DNA of 64,000 nt from an uncultured Candidatus Saccharibacteria bacterium (lineage in GTDB: Bacteria; Patescibacteriota; Minisyncoccia; Phycocordibacterales; SBAW01), in contig CAZMIU010000001.1 of the NCBI GenBank assembly GCA_964566795.1, forward strand, positions 333,091-397,090, given 5' to 3'. Of the stretch, positions 48,302 to 56,737 are shown one piece after another. How positions within the stretch are numbered: position 1 is the first letter of the stretch; each line of letters begins with the position of its first letter. Made by a program: the position numbers and the translations under genes. The notes beneath the pieces are model-generated. The model worked only from the letters and a program-made list of their open reading frames with translations, made no database searches and had not been told where the DNA came from.

Positions 48302-48652
48302 TTACTTCTTTTTTCTGTCCTCGAAATGGGCCTTCCGGTGACAGTTTGCGCATAATACCACACACTTCTGTATCTCGTGAAGCATGCGCTTTTTACCGTA
48401 CCCCCACCCGCTTATGTTGCCTAAACTAAACTCTTTTGTTGCACCATCCTTGTGATGAAAATCTAAGCAAGCAGGATGAGTTTCGCTGCACCGAGAACAG
48501 GACAGATTGGACTTGTATTCATCGAGCCAAATCCGCATCTCGCTCCTGCGAGCCCTAACCCGCGCATACGTTGCAGCTTTATTATTTAAGTAAAACTCCT
48601 TGTTCCACTTTTTTAAATACTCCTTTTGCCGGTTAGGGTCGCGATAGGGCAT
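48302..48652 (-). CDS. HNH endonuclease
   Basis: CSRC, LDFHH, LCANCH. Confidence 0.85.
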   Translation of the reverse strand: MPYRDPNRQKEYLKKWNKEFYLNNKAATYARVRARRSEMRIWLDEYKSNLSCSRCSETHPACLDFHHKDGATKEFSLGNISGWGYGKKRMLHEIQKCVVLCANCHRKAHFEDRKKK

Positions 48653-48699
48653 CCCATAAGTATACTAGGTTCTGAAATATAAGAATAGCTCAAAACTTT

Positions 48700-50337
48700 C
48701 TAAATCGAGCGTTCTCCTGCAGCCTTAACAAACGCCATAAACAGCGGGTGCGGATTAAGCGGGCGCGAGAGGAACTCGGGGTGGAACTGGGTCCCAAGCA
48801 TAAAAGGGTGCTCCGTAGTGGCAAGCTCGGCAATCTCCATAAGATTGTGCTCGGGGTTGATGCCGCTAAATATCAGCCCCGCGCTTTCTAGCTTGCCCAC
48901 ATACTCCGGGTTAACCTCGTAGCGGTGGCGGTGGCGCTCGCTCACCTCAGACTCCCCATATGCAGCGCGTGCGATAGTGCCGTCTTTAAGTGCGCAGACA
49001 TAGGCGCCCAGGCGCATCGTGCCACCGTAGTCGCTCTTGATAAGTTTGTCTTTTTGGTCGGGCATCACGTCTATCACGACATGCGGCGCGTCTTTGTTAA
49101 TCTCTGCGGTGTTGGCACCCGCAAGCCCCGCCTTGTTGCGCGCATACTCAATACACAAGAGCTGCATGCCATAGCACAACCCAAAGTACGGTATTTTGTT
49201 CTCGCGGGCATACTGTACCGCGGCGATAATGCCCTCTACACCTCTTGTGCCAAACCCGCCCGGCACCAGTATCCCATGGTAGCCCGAGAGCTCTTTAAGC
49301 TTAGTTGGGTCCTTCTCGTAATCTTCCGAGTCAAGGTAGCTGAGCTCGATTTTAGCCTGGTTGTAGTAGCCGGCGGTCTTTATAGCCTCCAGGACCGAGA
49401 TGTAGGAGTCTGCCAGCACGTAGTCGCCTGTCTCAAAGTACTTGCCCACCACCGCAATCTTAAGCGTCTGTGTGGTGTTTTGTGCCTTCTCTACAAATGC
49501 CTTCCACTCCAAAAGGTCGGTGGGGCGGCGCTCAAGCCCCAGCACATCGCACAAGATGTCACCCATGCCATCCTTCTCATAGTTAAGGGGCACATCATAA
49601 ATGCTCTTTACATCCGGCGCGGAGATTACGCGCGAGGCCGGTATATTGCAAAAAGTCGCTATCTTTTCCTTGCGCTTACCATCAAGCGGCACGCTGGCGC
49701 GCGCCAGTATGACATCGGCCTGCACGCCCGTGGAGTTGAGCTCGCGGTTAGCATGCTGGGTGGGTTTGGTCTTCATCTCGCCGATGTTGCCAGGTATGGG
49801 TACATAGGACAGGAGCACCACCGCGACATCCTGCGGATGCATCTGCCGCAGCATGCGTGCCGCCTCAATAAAGAGGATGTTCTCATACTCGCCCACTGTG
49901 CCGCCCACCTCGATAATGCACACGTCTGCCTGGGCTTGCGTCTGTGCCTCCTTAATGCGGCGTATCACCTCCAAGGGTACATCGGGCACCACCTGCACGT
50001 TGCGGCCCTTGTACTCCAGGTTGCGCTCGCGGCGTATTACCTCCTGGTACACGCGGCCGGTTGTCATGTAGTTGACACTGGGGAGCGTCTCGTCCAAAAA
50101 GCGCTCGTAGTTGCCCATGTCCTGGTCGGTCTCGTAACCGTCCTGCATCACAAACACCTCGCCGTGCTCGGTCGGGTTCATGGTGCCGGCGTCCACGTTT
50201 ATATACGGGTCAATCTTGAGCGCCGTTACCTTGTACCCCTTAGATTTTAAAATCCGCCCGATGGCGGATGAAGCGACTCCTTTCCCTATCCCGGACATTA
50301 CACCGCCCACGACAAAGATGTATTTTGGAGCCGCCAT
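48700..50337 (-). CDS. pyrG: CTP synthase
   Basis: GGVMSGIGKG, KTKPTQH, GLCYGMQ, QFHPE. Confidence 0.98.
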   Translation of the reverse strand: MAAPKYIFVVGGVMSGIGKGVASSAIGRILKSKGYKVTALKIDPYINVDAGTMNPTEHGEVFVMQDGYETDQDMGNYERFLDETLPSVNYMTTGRVYQEVIRRERNLEYKGRNVQVVPDVPLEVIRRIKEAQTQAQADVCIIEVGGTVGEYENILFIEAARMLRQMHPQDVAVVLLSYVPIPGNIGEMKTKPTQHANRELNSTGVQADVILARASVPLDGKRKEKIATFCNIPASRVISAPDVKSIYDVPLNYEKDGMGDILCDVLGLERRPTDLLEWKAFVEKAQNTTQTLKIAVVGKYFETGDYVLADSYISVLEAIKTAGYYNQAKIELSYLDSEDYEKDPTKLKELSGYHGILVPGGFGTRGVEGIIAAVQYARENKIPYFGLCYGMQLLCIEYARNKAGLAGANTAEINKDAPHVVIDVMPDQKDKLIKSDYGGTMRLGAYVCALKDGTIARAAYGESEVSERHRHRYEVNPEYVGKLESAGLIFSGINPEHNLMEIAELATTEHPFMLGTQFHPEFLSRPLNPHPLFMAFVKAAGERSI

Positions 50338-50348
50338 TGATACTACAT

Positions 50349-51278
50349 TTATATCTTAAGATACCTGCGCACCGCAAGGAAGCTGGCTATGGCACCCAAG
50401 AGGACGCCCGTGCCGACAATAACCCCGAAGAACATGAGGAAGTGCGAGAGGTAGTAGGTAAAGACGTTTACTCCGCCAAAGAAGGAGGCCGTAGACGCCC
50501 CGAGCCACCAGGTAAGCGGGTAAAACAGCAACAGCGTGATAACGCCGGCAACCAGGCCATAGAGCATGCCCTCTATCATGAAGGGCGCCCTGATAAAGAA
50601 GCTGCCCGCACCCACAAGCCTCATGACCTGTATCTCCTCGCGCGATGAGTATATGGCCAAACGCAGCGTGTTAAACGATATGGCGATAGTCGTGAGTATG
50701 AGTATCACGATAACAATAAGGCCCAGGCGCTGAGCCGAGTTGGTGATGCTCTGGAGCCTGTCGAGCGCCACGCGGTACTTGGCGTCATAAAAGCTGATCT
50801 TGTCTATCGAGGTTGCCGTGCCGTCCGCGCTGTCGGCGCTCTGCGCAAACTCTGCCACCGCCTCGTACTGTGATATGTCGCGGGCGCGCACCTGCAAAGA
50901 CGCCTCGAGCGGGTTTTGGCCCAGCTCCTCAAGCGCCTGGAGCGCCAACTGGTCGTCTTTGTAGCGCTCCCTAAACTCCGCAAGCGCCTCGTCGCGCGAT
51001 ACGTAACGCACCTCCACAACCTCCGGCCTGGCCTCGAGTGCCGACTTAAGGCTCAGTATCCTGTCCTCGGGCGTCGTGGTCAAAAAGTATATGCTCACAT
51101 CCACCTTATTCTTCAGCTCGGCGATAGTGAAGTTGAGCATCACACCCGCAAAAATAGTCATACCCACGACAAAGAGGGTCACAGTCATCACCAGGATGGA
51201 CGCAAAGGACACAAATGCATTGCGCCAAAAGTCCAGGAAGCCTGCGCGGAATATACGTTTGATGGTGACAAGATTCAT
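50349..51278 (-). CDS. ftsX: cell division permease FtsX
   Basis: EI.VMRLVGA..FIRAPF.IEG, adjacent to ftsE. Confidence 0.93.
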   Translation of the reverse strand: MNLVTIKRIFRAGFLDFWRNAFVSFASILVMTVTLFVVGMTIFAGVMLNFTIAELKNKVDVSIYFLTTTPEDRILSLKSALEARPEVVEVRYVSRDEALAEFRERYKDDQLALQALEELGQNPLEASLQVRARDISQYEAVAEFAQSADSADGTATSIDKISFYDAKYRVALDRLQSITNSAQRLGLIVIVILILTTIAISFNTLRLAIYSSREEIQVMRLVGAGSFFIRAPFMIEGMLYGLVAGVITLLLFYPLTWWLGASTASFFGGVNVFTYYLSHFLMFFGVIVGTGVLLGAIASFLAVRRYLKI

Positions 51279-51281
51279 ATT

Positions 51282-51962
51282 TTAGAGAATGTATTTACCC
51301 TCGCGGTCGTCGCGGATAACTTTGCCGCGGTCCATGGTAATGACCCGCTTTTTGAGCGAGTCTATCACGCCCTTGTTGTGGGTGGTCAGTATGATCGTGG
51401 TGCCCAAGTCGTTTATTTTTTTTAAAATCTGCACCACCTCAAAGGTGTTAACCGGGTCGAGGTTGCCGGTGGGCTCGTCGGCCACAATAACGTCGGGCTG
51501 GTTAACTATTGCGCGCGCAATTGCCACCCGCTGCTGCTCGCCGCCCGAGAGCTCGTCCGGAAAGTTGTTCATCTTGTCGCCCAGGTCTACAAGCTCGAGC
51601 ACGTGCGGCACGTCTGAGCGGATGTCTGCCTCGGAGCGGCCTGCGGCCTCCATGGCAAAGGCAATATTCTCGTACGCGGTTTTGTTGGGCAGGAGCCTAA
51701 AGTCCTGGAACACGGTGCCTATTTTGCGGCGCATCTCGCCCATGCGGTGCAGGGGCAGGTCGTGGATATTTATAGACTCAAAAAATACAGAGCCGGTGGA
51801 GGGCCGCTCCTCGGCGAGGAGCATTTTAACCAGGGTGGTCTTGCCGGCGCCGGAGTGGCCAACTATCGAGATAAACTCGCCGGGCTCGACGCTGAAGGAC
51901 ACATCCTCCAGGGCAACGGAGTTATCTGCGTACACTTTAGATACGCGATCGTAGTAAATCAT
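51282..51962 (-). CDS. ftsE: cell division ATPase FtsE
   Basis: [25 protein letters not shown]. Confidence 0.95.
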   Translation of the reverse strand: MIYYDRVSKVYADNSVALEDVSFSVEPGEFISIVGHSGAGKTTLVKMLLAEERPSTGSVFFESINIHDLPLHRMGEMRRKIGTVFQDFRLLPNKTAYENIAFAMEAAGRSEADIRSDVPHVLELVDLGDKMNNFPDELSGGEQQRVAIARAIVNQPDVIVADEPTGNLDPVNTFEVVQILKKINDLGTTIILTTHNKGVIDSLKKRVITMDRGKVIRDDREGKYIL

Positions 51963-52068
51963 AGGAATGCTGTAGCACCTGCGTCGCTCGCAATCGAAAG
52001 TAAACTTTCGTTGTCTCGCTTTCCTCGGTGATAGATCATAGCAACCTATGTATTTTACCCCCTAATTT

Positions 52069-52929
52069 TTATTTCGCCAAAAAGGGCTCTATAGCACCGT
52101 CTAGCACACCCTCGGCGTCATGCACCTCTACCCCTGTGCGGTGGTCCTTGACGAGCTTGTACGGATGCAGCACATAGGAGCGTATCTGGCTGCCCCACTC
52201 GATCTTGCCCGAGGCCACCGAGAGCTCGCTTATCTTTTCCTTGCGCTCCTGCTCCATCAAATGCTTAAGCTTGGCCACGACAATAGCCAGTGCCTTTTCT
52301 TTATTTGCGCCTTGAGTGCGCTCGCCGTCTACATGCGCCGATATGCCGGTTGGCGTGTGCACCACACGCACCGCTGTCTCGCGCTTGTTTACGTTCTGCC
52401 CACCAGGACCGCCCGAGCGCGCCACGGTTATCTCCAGCTCCTTTTCATCGAGCTCGATATGCCCGACCTTCTCCAGTACGGGCAGTACCTCTACCAGCAC
52501 AAACGATGTCTGGCGCTTTTGGTTGGCATTAAACGGCGACTGCCGCACCAAGCGGTGCACGCCATACTCATTCCTAAGCAATCCGTACACGCCCTTGCCC
52601 TCAATCTCAAAGCTCGCATTGCGGTAGCCGCCGTGGTCGTTCTCATTGCGGTGCAGCTCGCGCATATCCCATCCGCGTGCCTCAACAAACTTGCGGTACA
52701 TCTGCACAAGCATCTGGGCAAAGTCCTCGGCGTCGTCGCCGCCCGCACCGGCGACAACCGACAGTATCGCCCCGCCGCGGTCATAGGCAGAGCCGCCCTC
52801 GGCTTCTGCCTTAAGGTCCTGGAGCTCTTTTATCAGAGCCTGCGCATCCTGCGGGTCGCGCCAAAAGTCCGGCGCTATCATGGCAGCCTCCAGCTCCCTG
52901 ATACGGATGTCTCGCGCTTCTTTGTCCAT
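52069..52929 (-). CDS. prfB: peptide chain release factor 2 (short form)
   Basis: SPF motif, [12 protein letters not shown]. Confidence 0.93.
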   Translation of the reverse strand: MDKEARDIRIRELEAAMIAPDFWRDPQDAQALIKELQDLKAEAEGGSAYDRGGAILSVVAGAGGDDAEDFAQMLVQMYRKFVEARGWDMRELHRNENDHGGYRNASFEIEGKGVYGLLRNEYGVHRLVRQSPFNANQKRQTSFVLVEVLPVLEKVGHIELDEKELEITVARSGGPGGQNVNKRETAVRVVHTPTGISAHVDGERTQGANKEKALAIVVAKLKHLMEQERKEKISELSVASGKIEWGSQIRSYVLHPYKLVKDHRTGVEVHDAEGVLDGAIEPFLAK

Positions 52930-52930
52930 C

Positions 52931-53006
52931 TGGAGCCGGAGGTCGGGATCGAACCGACGACCTATCCCTTACGAAGGGATTGCTCTACCGACTGAGCTAC
53001 TCCGGC
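52931..53006 (-). tRNA. tRNA-Thr(CGT)
   Basis: GCCGGAG acceptor, TTCGTAA loop, encoded CCA. Confidence 0.95.
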
Positions 53007-53020
53007 GTAAGGAAAAATTA

Positions 53021-53461
53021 TCACACAAACAGCTTAGCAGCAATTGCTCTTTTACTTTGTGAGCGATGCTGACGGCCATTGCCCTTATTCAAGGCTGCAT
53101 AGGTTGGACTCAATGAGTCACAGTTGGGACAAATAAGCCTTAAATTTGCTTCTGTATTATTTTGCCAATTGCCGTCTATATGATCTGCCACAAGCGGTAC
53201 GCGCCCTGTTTTTGGATTTATCTGTGCCCACCCACACAAGCAGCACTTGTTTCCAAATTTTTCCCTTAAATATTTCTTAATCGGGTTGGTCACAATACCA
53301 GTAACCCGCAGGCCGTTCTCACGGCCCTCCTTCCATCTTTCAATGTAGACCTTGTACTGGTATTTCCCCTGGCAAATATTGCTGCAATATTTGTAACCAG
53401 ATCTAGCCGGCTCCCTGCCACACGCCAAACAATTGGGTCTAGATTTCTTGGGCATCGGCAT
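53021..53461 (-). CDS. HNH endonuclease
   Basis: CLAC..YCS..C, CCLC, DHIDGN..NN..NL..ICPNC. Confidence 0.9.
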   Translation of the reverse strand: MPMPKKSRPNCLACGREPARSGYKYCSNICQGKYQYKVYIERWKEGRENGLRVTGIVTNPIKKYLREKFGNKCCLCGWAQINPKTGRVPLVADHIDGNWQNNTEANLRLICPNCDSLSPTYAALNKGNGRQHRSQSKRAIAAKLFV

Positions 53462-53532
53462 GCCATAACAATACTCAAACTACGACCAGTGTACATACAC
53501 AAATTGGGTCTCACATGCCGTACAATGGTGCT

Positions 53533-54978
53533 ATGCAGGATGGCAGCCACACCTTCGACTGGAAGGGCTTTATATTTTTTATAAAAACGCTTGCCGTGGC
53601 ACTTGTGATAGGCACCGCGGGGTATTGGGGCGTTATCTATGCGCACGTGTACTATGCGACTCCAACCATGGCCGCGATTGTGTCTACATCAACGCCCGCA
53701 GTCCACACAGCACTGCCGCCGGCCCCAGAGGCCTCGCAGCGGGTCATCGAGTCGCTCACTATTAGCGACGTTGTGCCGCCAGAAGGCAAGTTTATCGCCG
53801 CCGACCTCGTCAACATGAAGCTCTACCTGTACGCCACGGGCACTATGGTCGCAGAGTATCCGATACAAACCAAGGGCAAGCCGGGTACGCCGTGGGAGAC
53901 ACCAAGCGGATTGTACTCCGTGAGGACAAAGGAAAAGAGCCACTTCTCTACCATTGGCCACGTGTATATGCCCTACAGCATGCAGTTTTATGGCAACTAC
54001 TTTATACACGGATGGACCCATTACCCAGACGGCACCCCTACTGCGGCCTCATTCTCGGGCGGATGCATCAAGCTTAAAACAGATGATGCACAAAAGGTGT
54101 TTGAGTTTGCAGACCTTAACACGCAGGTGTTTGTATACGACAACAAGCAGGACACGCCGCTTAAAACACTCACCTTTGTAAACATACCCAAGCCCACAAT
54201 AGACGCGGGCGCATTTTTGGTGGCAGACATAGACACCGGCGACGTGTATGCAGAGCGCAACGCCAGCGAGGTCAGGCCCATAGCCTCTGTCACCAAGCTT
54301 ATGACTGCGCTCGTGGCCAACGAGACCATAAGCCTCGACAAAAAAGTTGCCGTGCCAGAGGGCGTGCTGTACAACCCGCCCGTGGCCTCAAGCACGACAG
54401 AGAAGTCGTTTTTGGTTAATGACCTGTTTTACCCCCTGCTCATGCAGTCGAGCAACGGCGTTGCAGAGTCGCTGGCCTCTTACTACGGCAAAAACGCATT
54501 TATCAACTGGATGAACGCAACCGCCAGGAGCTTAGACATGCGCTCGACTAGGTTTGCAGATGCAAGCGGCATATCGCCCGACAACCTGTCCAGTGCAGAC
54601 GACCTCTTTAGGCTCGCGTCCTACCTCGCTCACAAAAAATCTTTTGTACTCAAGATTACCGACACGGCCAAAAAAGATATTGTCTCGGATGACGGTACAA
54701 CTTACAAAGTTACAAATGTTAATGCGCCCGCGTTTGAGGAGCCGTTTGAGGGCGGCAAGGCCGGACACACCACCGCCGCACAAGACACCATGGTGTCGGT
54801 CATGACGGTTGAGACCGATGATGGGCCGCGCCGCATTGCGGTTATCGTACTGGGCTCTCTCGACCAGATAGAGGCAACACGCTCGCTGGGGCTGTGGGTA
54901 GAGAGCGCTATTGCCTATGTGGGCTACCAGAGCGCCTGCGTGTCGTGCGTGGAGCCCGGCCGCCAAATTGACCTGTAA
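53533..54978 (+). CDS. L,D-transpeptidase (YkuD) fused to D-Ala-D-Ala carboxypeptidase (S11)
   Basis: TPSG, IHG..SGGC; ASVTK, SSN, KAG; TACAAT-N6-ATG start. Confidence 0.88.
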   Translation: MQDGSHTFDWKGFIFFIKTLAVALVIGTAGYWGVIYAHVYYATPTMAAIVSTSTPAVHTALPPAPEASQRVIESLTISDVVPPEGKFIAADLVNMKLYLYATGTMVAEYPIQTKGKPGTPWETPSGLYSVRTKEKSHFSTIGHVYMPYSMQFYGNYFIHGWTHYPDGTPTAASFSGGCIKLKTDDAQKVFEFADLNTQVFVYDNKQDTPLKTLTFVNIPKPTIDAGAFLVADIDTGDVYAERNASEVRPIASVTKLMTALVANETISLDKKVAVPEGVLYNPPVASSTTEKSFLVNDLFYPLLMQSSNGVAESLASYYGKNAFINWMNATARSLDMRSTRFADASGISPDNLSSADDLFRLASYLAHKKSFVLKITDTAKKDIVSDDGTTYKVTNVNAPAFEEPFEGGKAGHTTAAQDTMVSVMTVETDDGPRRIAVIVLGSLDQIEATRSLGLWVESAIAYVGYQSACVSCVEPGRQIDL

Positions 54979-54989
54979 TCCTGATCTAT

Positions 54990-55133
54990 TTCGTGAGCCG
55001 TTGGTCGGGACATTCACTGCTCGGCTAAAGCCTGCGCTTTCAAAACCCTCGGTTTTGAAGAATTCCTCCACGGGGAGACGACCCGTCTCCCCGACCCCCT
55101 CTCGGGTTCAATCCCGAGCAAACTTACTCTTAC
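54990..55133. repeat. tRNA-Thr-associated structured element with a 21-bp duplication of the tRNA 3' end
   Basis: 54990-55010 identical to 55134-55154; three internal hairpins. Confidence 0.8.
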
Positions 55134-55139
55134 TTCGTG

Positions 55140-55212
55140 AGCCGTTGGTCGGGATTGAACCGACGACCTGCTCCTTACCATGGAGCTGCTCTACCAACTG
55201 AGCTACAACGGC
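55140..55212 (-). tRNA. tRNA-Thr(GGT)
   Basis: GCCGTTG/CAACGGC acceptor, ATGGTAA loop, no encoded CCA. Confidence 0.93.
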
Positions 55213-55457
55213 TTAGGTCCTACAGTAGCCGATTTCTCCGACTTTTTCAAACAAACGGGTTAGGAGACAACGCCCACTAGGGTGCGGGCAAAGTTGAGTA
55301 TCAGGGTAAGGATAGAGATAAAAAAGTTGATAATGAGGGTCAAAAATTGGAGCAAGAAGTCCAATATGACCTGAAAGAAGTTGGTAATTACATCCATGCG
55401 CCTATAGTATCATGGGGGTTCACATATAGGCGTTTTTACGCTACAATCGGCCTGTTT

Positions 55458-55531
55458 GCGGGAGTAGCTCAACTGGTTAGAGCGCTGCCCTGTCACGGCA
55501 GAGGTTGCGGGTTCAAGTCCCGTCTCTCGCG
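55458..55531 (+). tRNA. tRNA-Asp(GTC)
   Basis: GCGGGAG acceptor, CTGTCAC loop, GTTCAAGTC. Confidence 0.93.
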
Positions 55532-55541
55532 CTCGCAAGAA

Positions 55542-55573
55542 CAAAAACCCGGCCTTGTGCCGGGCTTTTGTTT
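55542..55573 (+). terminator. intrinsic terminator
   Basis: CCCGGC-CTTGT-GCCGGG then T-rich tail. Confidence 0.75.
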
Positions 55574-55622
55574 TGACATAGTAGGTTGAAACTGAGGGTC
55601 AAAAATGATACTTTAACCCCAC

Positions 55623-55699
55623 GTCAGGGTAGCTCAGATGGTTAGAGCACAGCATTCATAACGCTGAGGTCGAGGGTTCGACTCCCTCCCCTGACACCA
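55623..55699 (+). tRNA. tRNA-Met(CAT), elongator (Ile2 not excluded)
   Basis: GTCAGGG/CCCTGAC acceptor, TTCATAA loop, encoded CCA. Confidence 0.9.
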
Positions 55700-55702
55700 A
55701 GT

Positions 55703-56434
55703 TTAGTGATGGCTGTGGCGAGCTTTCAGTTTCAGATAGATATGCGAGTACGCGATAAGCGAGATAGGCACGGTTATAAGCAGGCCCACGACCAGCGCAA
55801 TGAGGCCAAGCACGTTAAGAGCTATGAGCGCGAGCATAAAGAGCACAAGATGCCATTTGGCACCGTAGGTCAGCTTGGTACTGCGGCCAAGGCTCTCGAT
55901 AATCTCGCTGCCGTCTAGTACCGCCAGGCGGCTCATGGAGTAGCGCACGCCGGCATACACGCTGCAGGCCAAGGCGGCAAGCATAATGAGCAGGGCAAAG
56001 GCAAACTGTGTCTCATGGCCTGCTACGGGCACTCCCTCAGAGAAGTTGATAGACCCGGTAATCGACAAGAACCCAAGCGACACCAGGGCGCCTGCCGCAA
56101 GCGGCAAGACCGTTATGAGGCCCGACAGAATGCTCGCGGCAAAATACTTCCATACAAGCTTCAGGTCCGGGAGAATCTGGCGATACTCGGCGTGTTCTCC
56201 TTTTGCCAGCTTAAGAAAGATAAGGGTCATGCCGGCACCAAGCACAACGCCCGCCACGGCAAGCACGATAGATGCCGCGGCCCCCAAGAGCGTACCCTCC
56301 AGAGACTTTTGTACTACCGATGAGGCCACCTCGAGCGCAAACATGGTAAGCACCACACCAAACACGAGCGCCGAGTGCGTCTTAACCTTGTGCCAGCCAA
56401 ACACCACTGCCTCTTTTATAGAAAAATGTGTCAT
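55703..56434 (-). CDS. multi-pass membrane protein (DUF975-like)
   Basis: FSIKEA..FGW, ESL.RS..LT.G.KW; TATACT-N6-ATG. Confidence 0.8.
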   Translation of the reverse strand: MTHFSIKEAVVFGWHKVKTHSALVFGVVLTMFALEVASSVVQKSLEGTLLGAAASIVLAVAGVVLGAGMTLIFLKLAKGEHAEYRQILPDLKLVWKYFAASILSGLITVLPLAAGALVSLGFLSITGSINFSEGVPVAGHETQFAFALLIMLAALACSVYAGVRYSMSRLAVLDGSEIIESLGRSTKLTYGAKWHLVLFMLALIALNVLGLIALVVGLLITVPISLIAYSHIYLKLKARHSHH

Positions 56435-56450
56435 GCCCTTAGTATACATA

Positions 56451-56624
56451 GGCAGGAATCGGTCACAAGTCTGATTTTGCCGTCGCAAAATCCGCTTGCG
56501 ACCCCACCTCGCGGCCCTGCCGGTGCAGGGCAACGCTGCGGTCTGCAATTCCTGACAGGACGTGCTCAAGCACGTCCCTCCCCCGCAACACGAAAAAATC
56601 CCGCTTTAGCGGGACTCTTTCATA
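56451..56624. repeat. tRNA-fMet-associated structured element with inverted and direct copies of the tRNA 3' end
   Basis: 15-bp and 11-bp inverted matches, 9-bp direct match, four hairpins. Confidence 0.75.
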
Positions 56625-56630
56625 TTCGTG

Positions 56631-56702
56631 TTGCGGGGGCAGGAATTGCACCTGCGACCTTCAGGTTATGAGCCTGACGAGCTACTACTGCTCCACCCCG
56701 CT
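56631..56702 (-). tRNA. initiator tRNA-fMet(CAT)
   Basis: A1:A72 mismatch, CTCATAA loop, GGTGGAGCAG 5' arm. Confidence 0.88.
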
Positions 56703-56737
56703 ATAGTAGCGCTATATGCGCTATTGACACCACTATA

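Noticed and set aside
52929-53010. Programmed +1 frameshift exon of prfB
   Set aside because: The upstream sequence is the tRNA-Thr gene, with no CTTTGA slippery site or internal SD.
48302-53461. HNH genes as group I intron-encoded endonucleases
   Set aside because: Both tRNAs are uninterrupted and there is no flanking room for a ribozyme core.
55011-55133. Additional tRNA on the plus strand (GGGTTCAATCCC T-arm)
   Set aside because: No acceptor stem, D-arm or 7-nt anticodon loop in register; treated as part of the repeat element.
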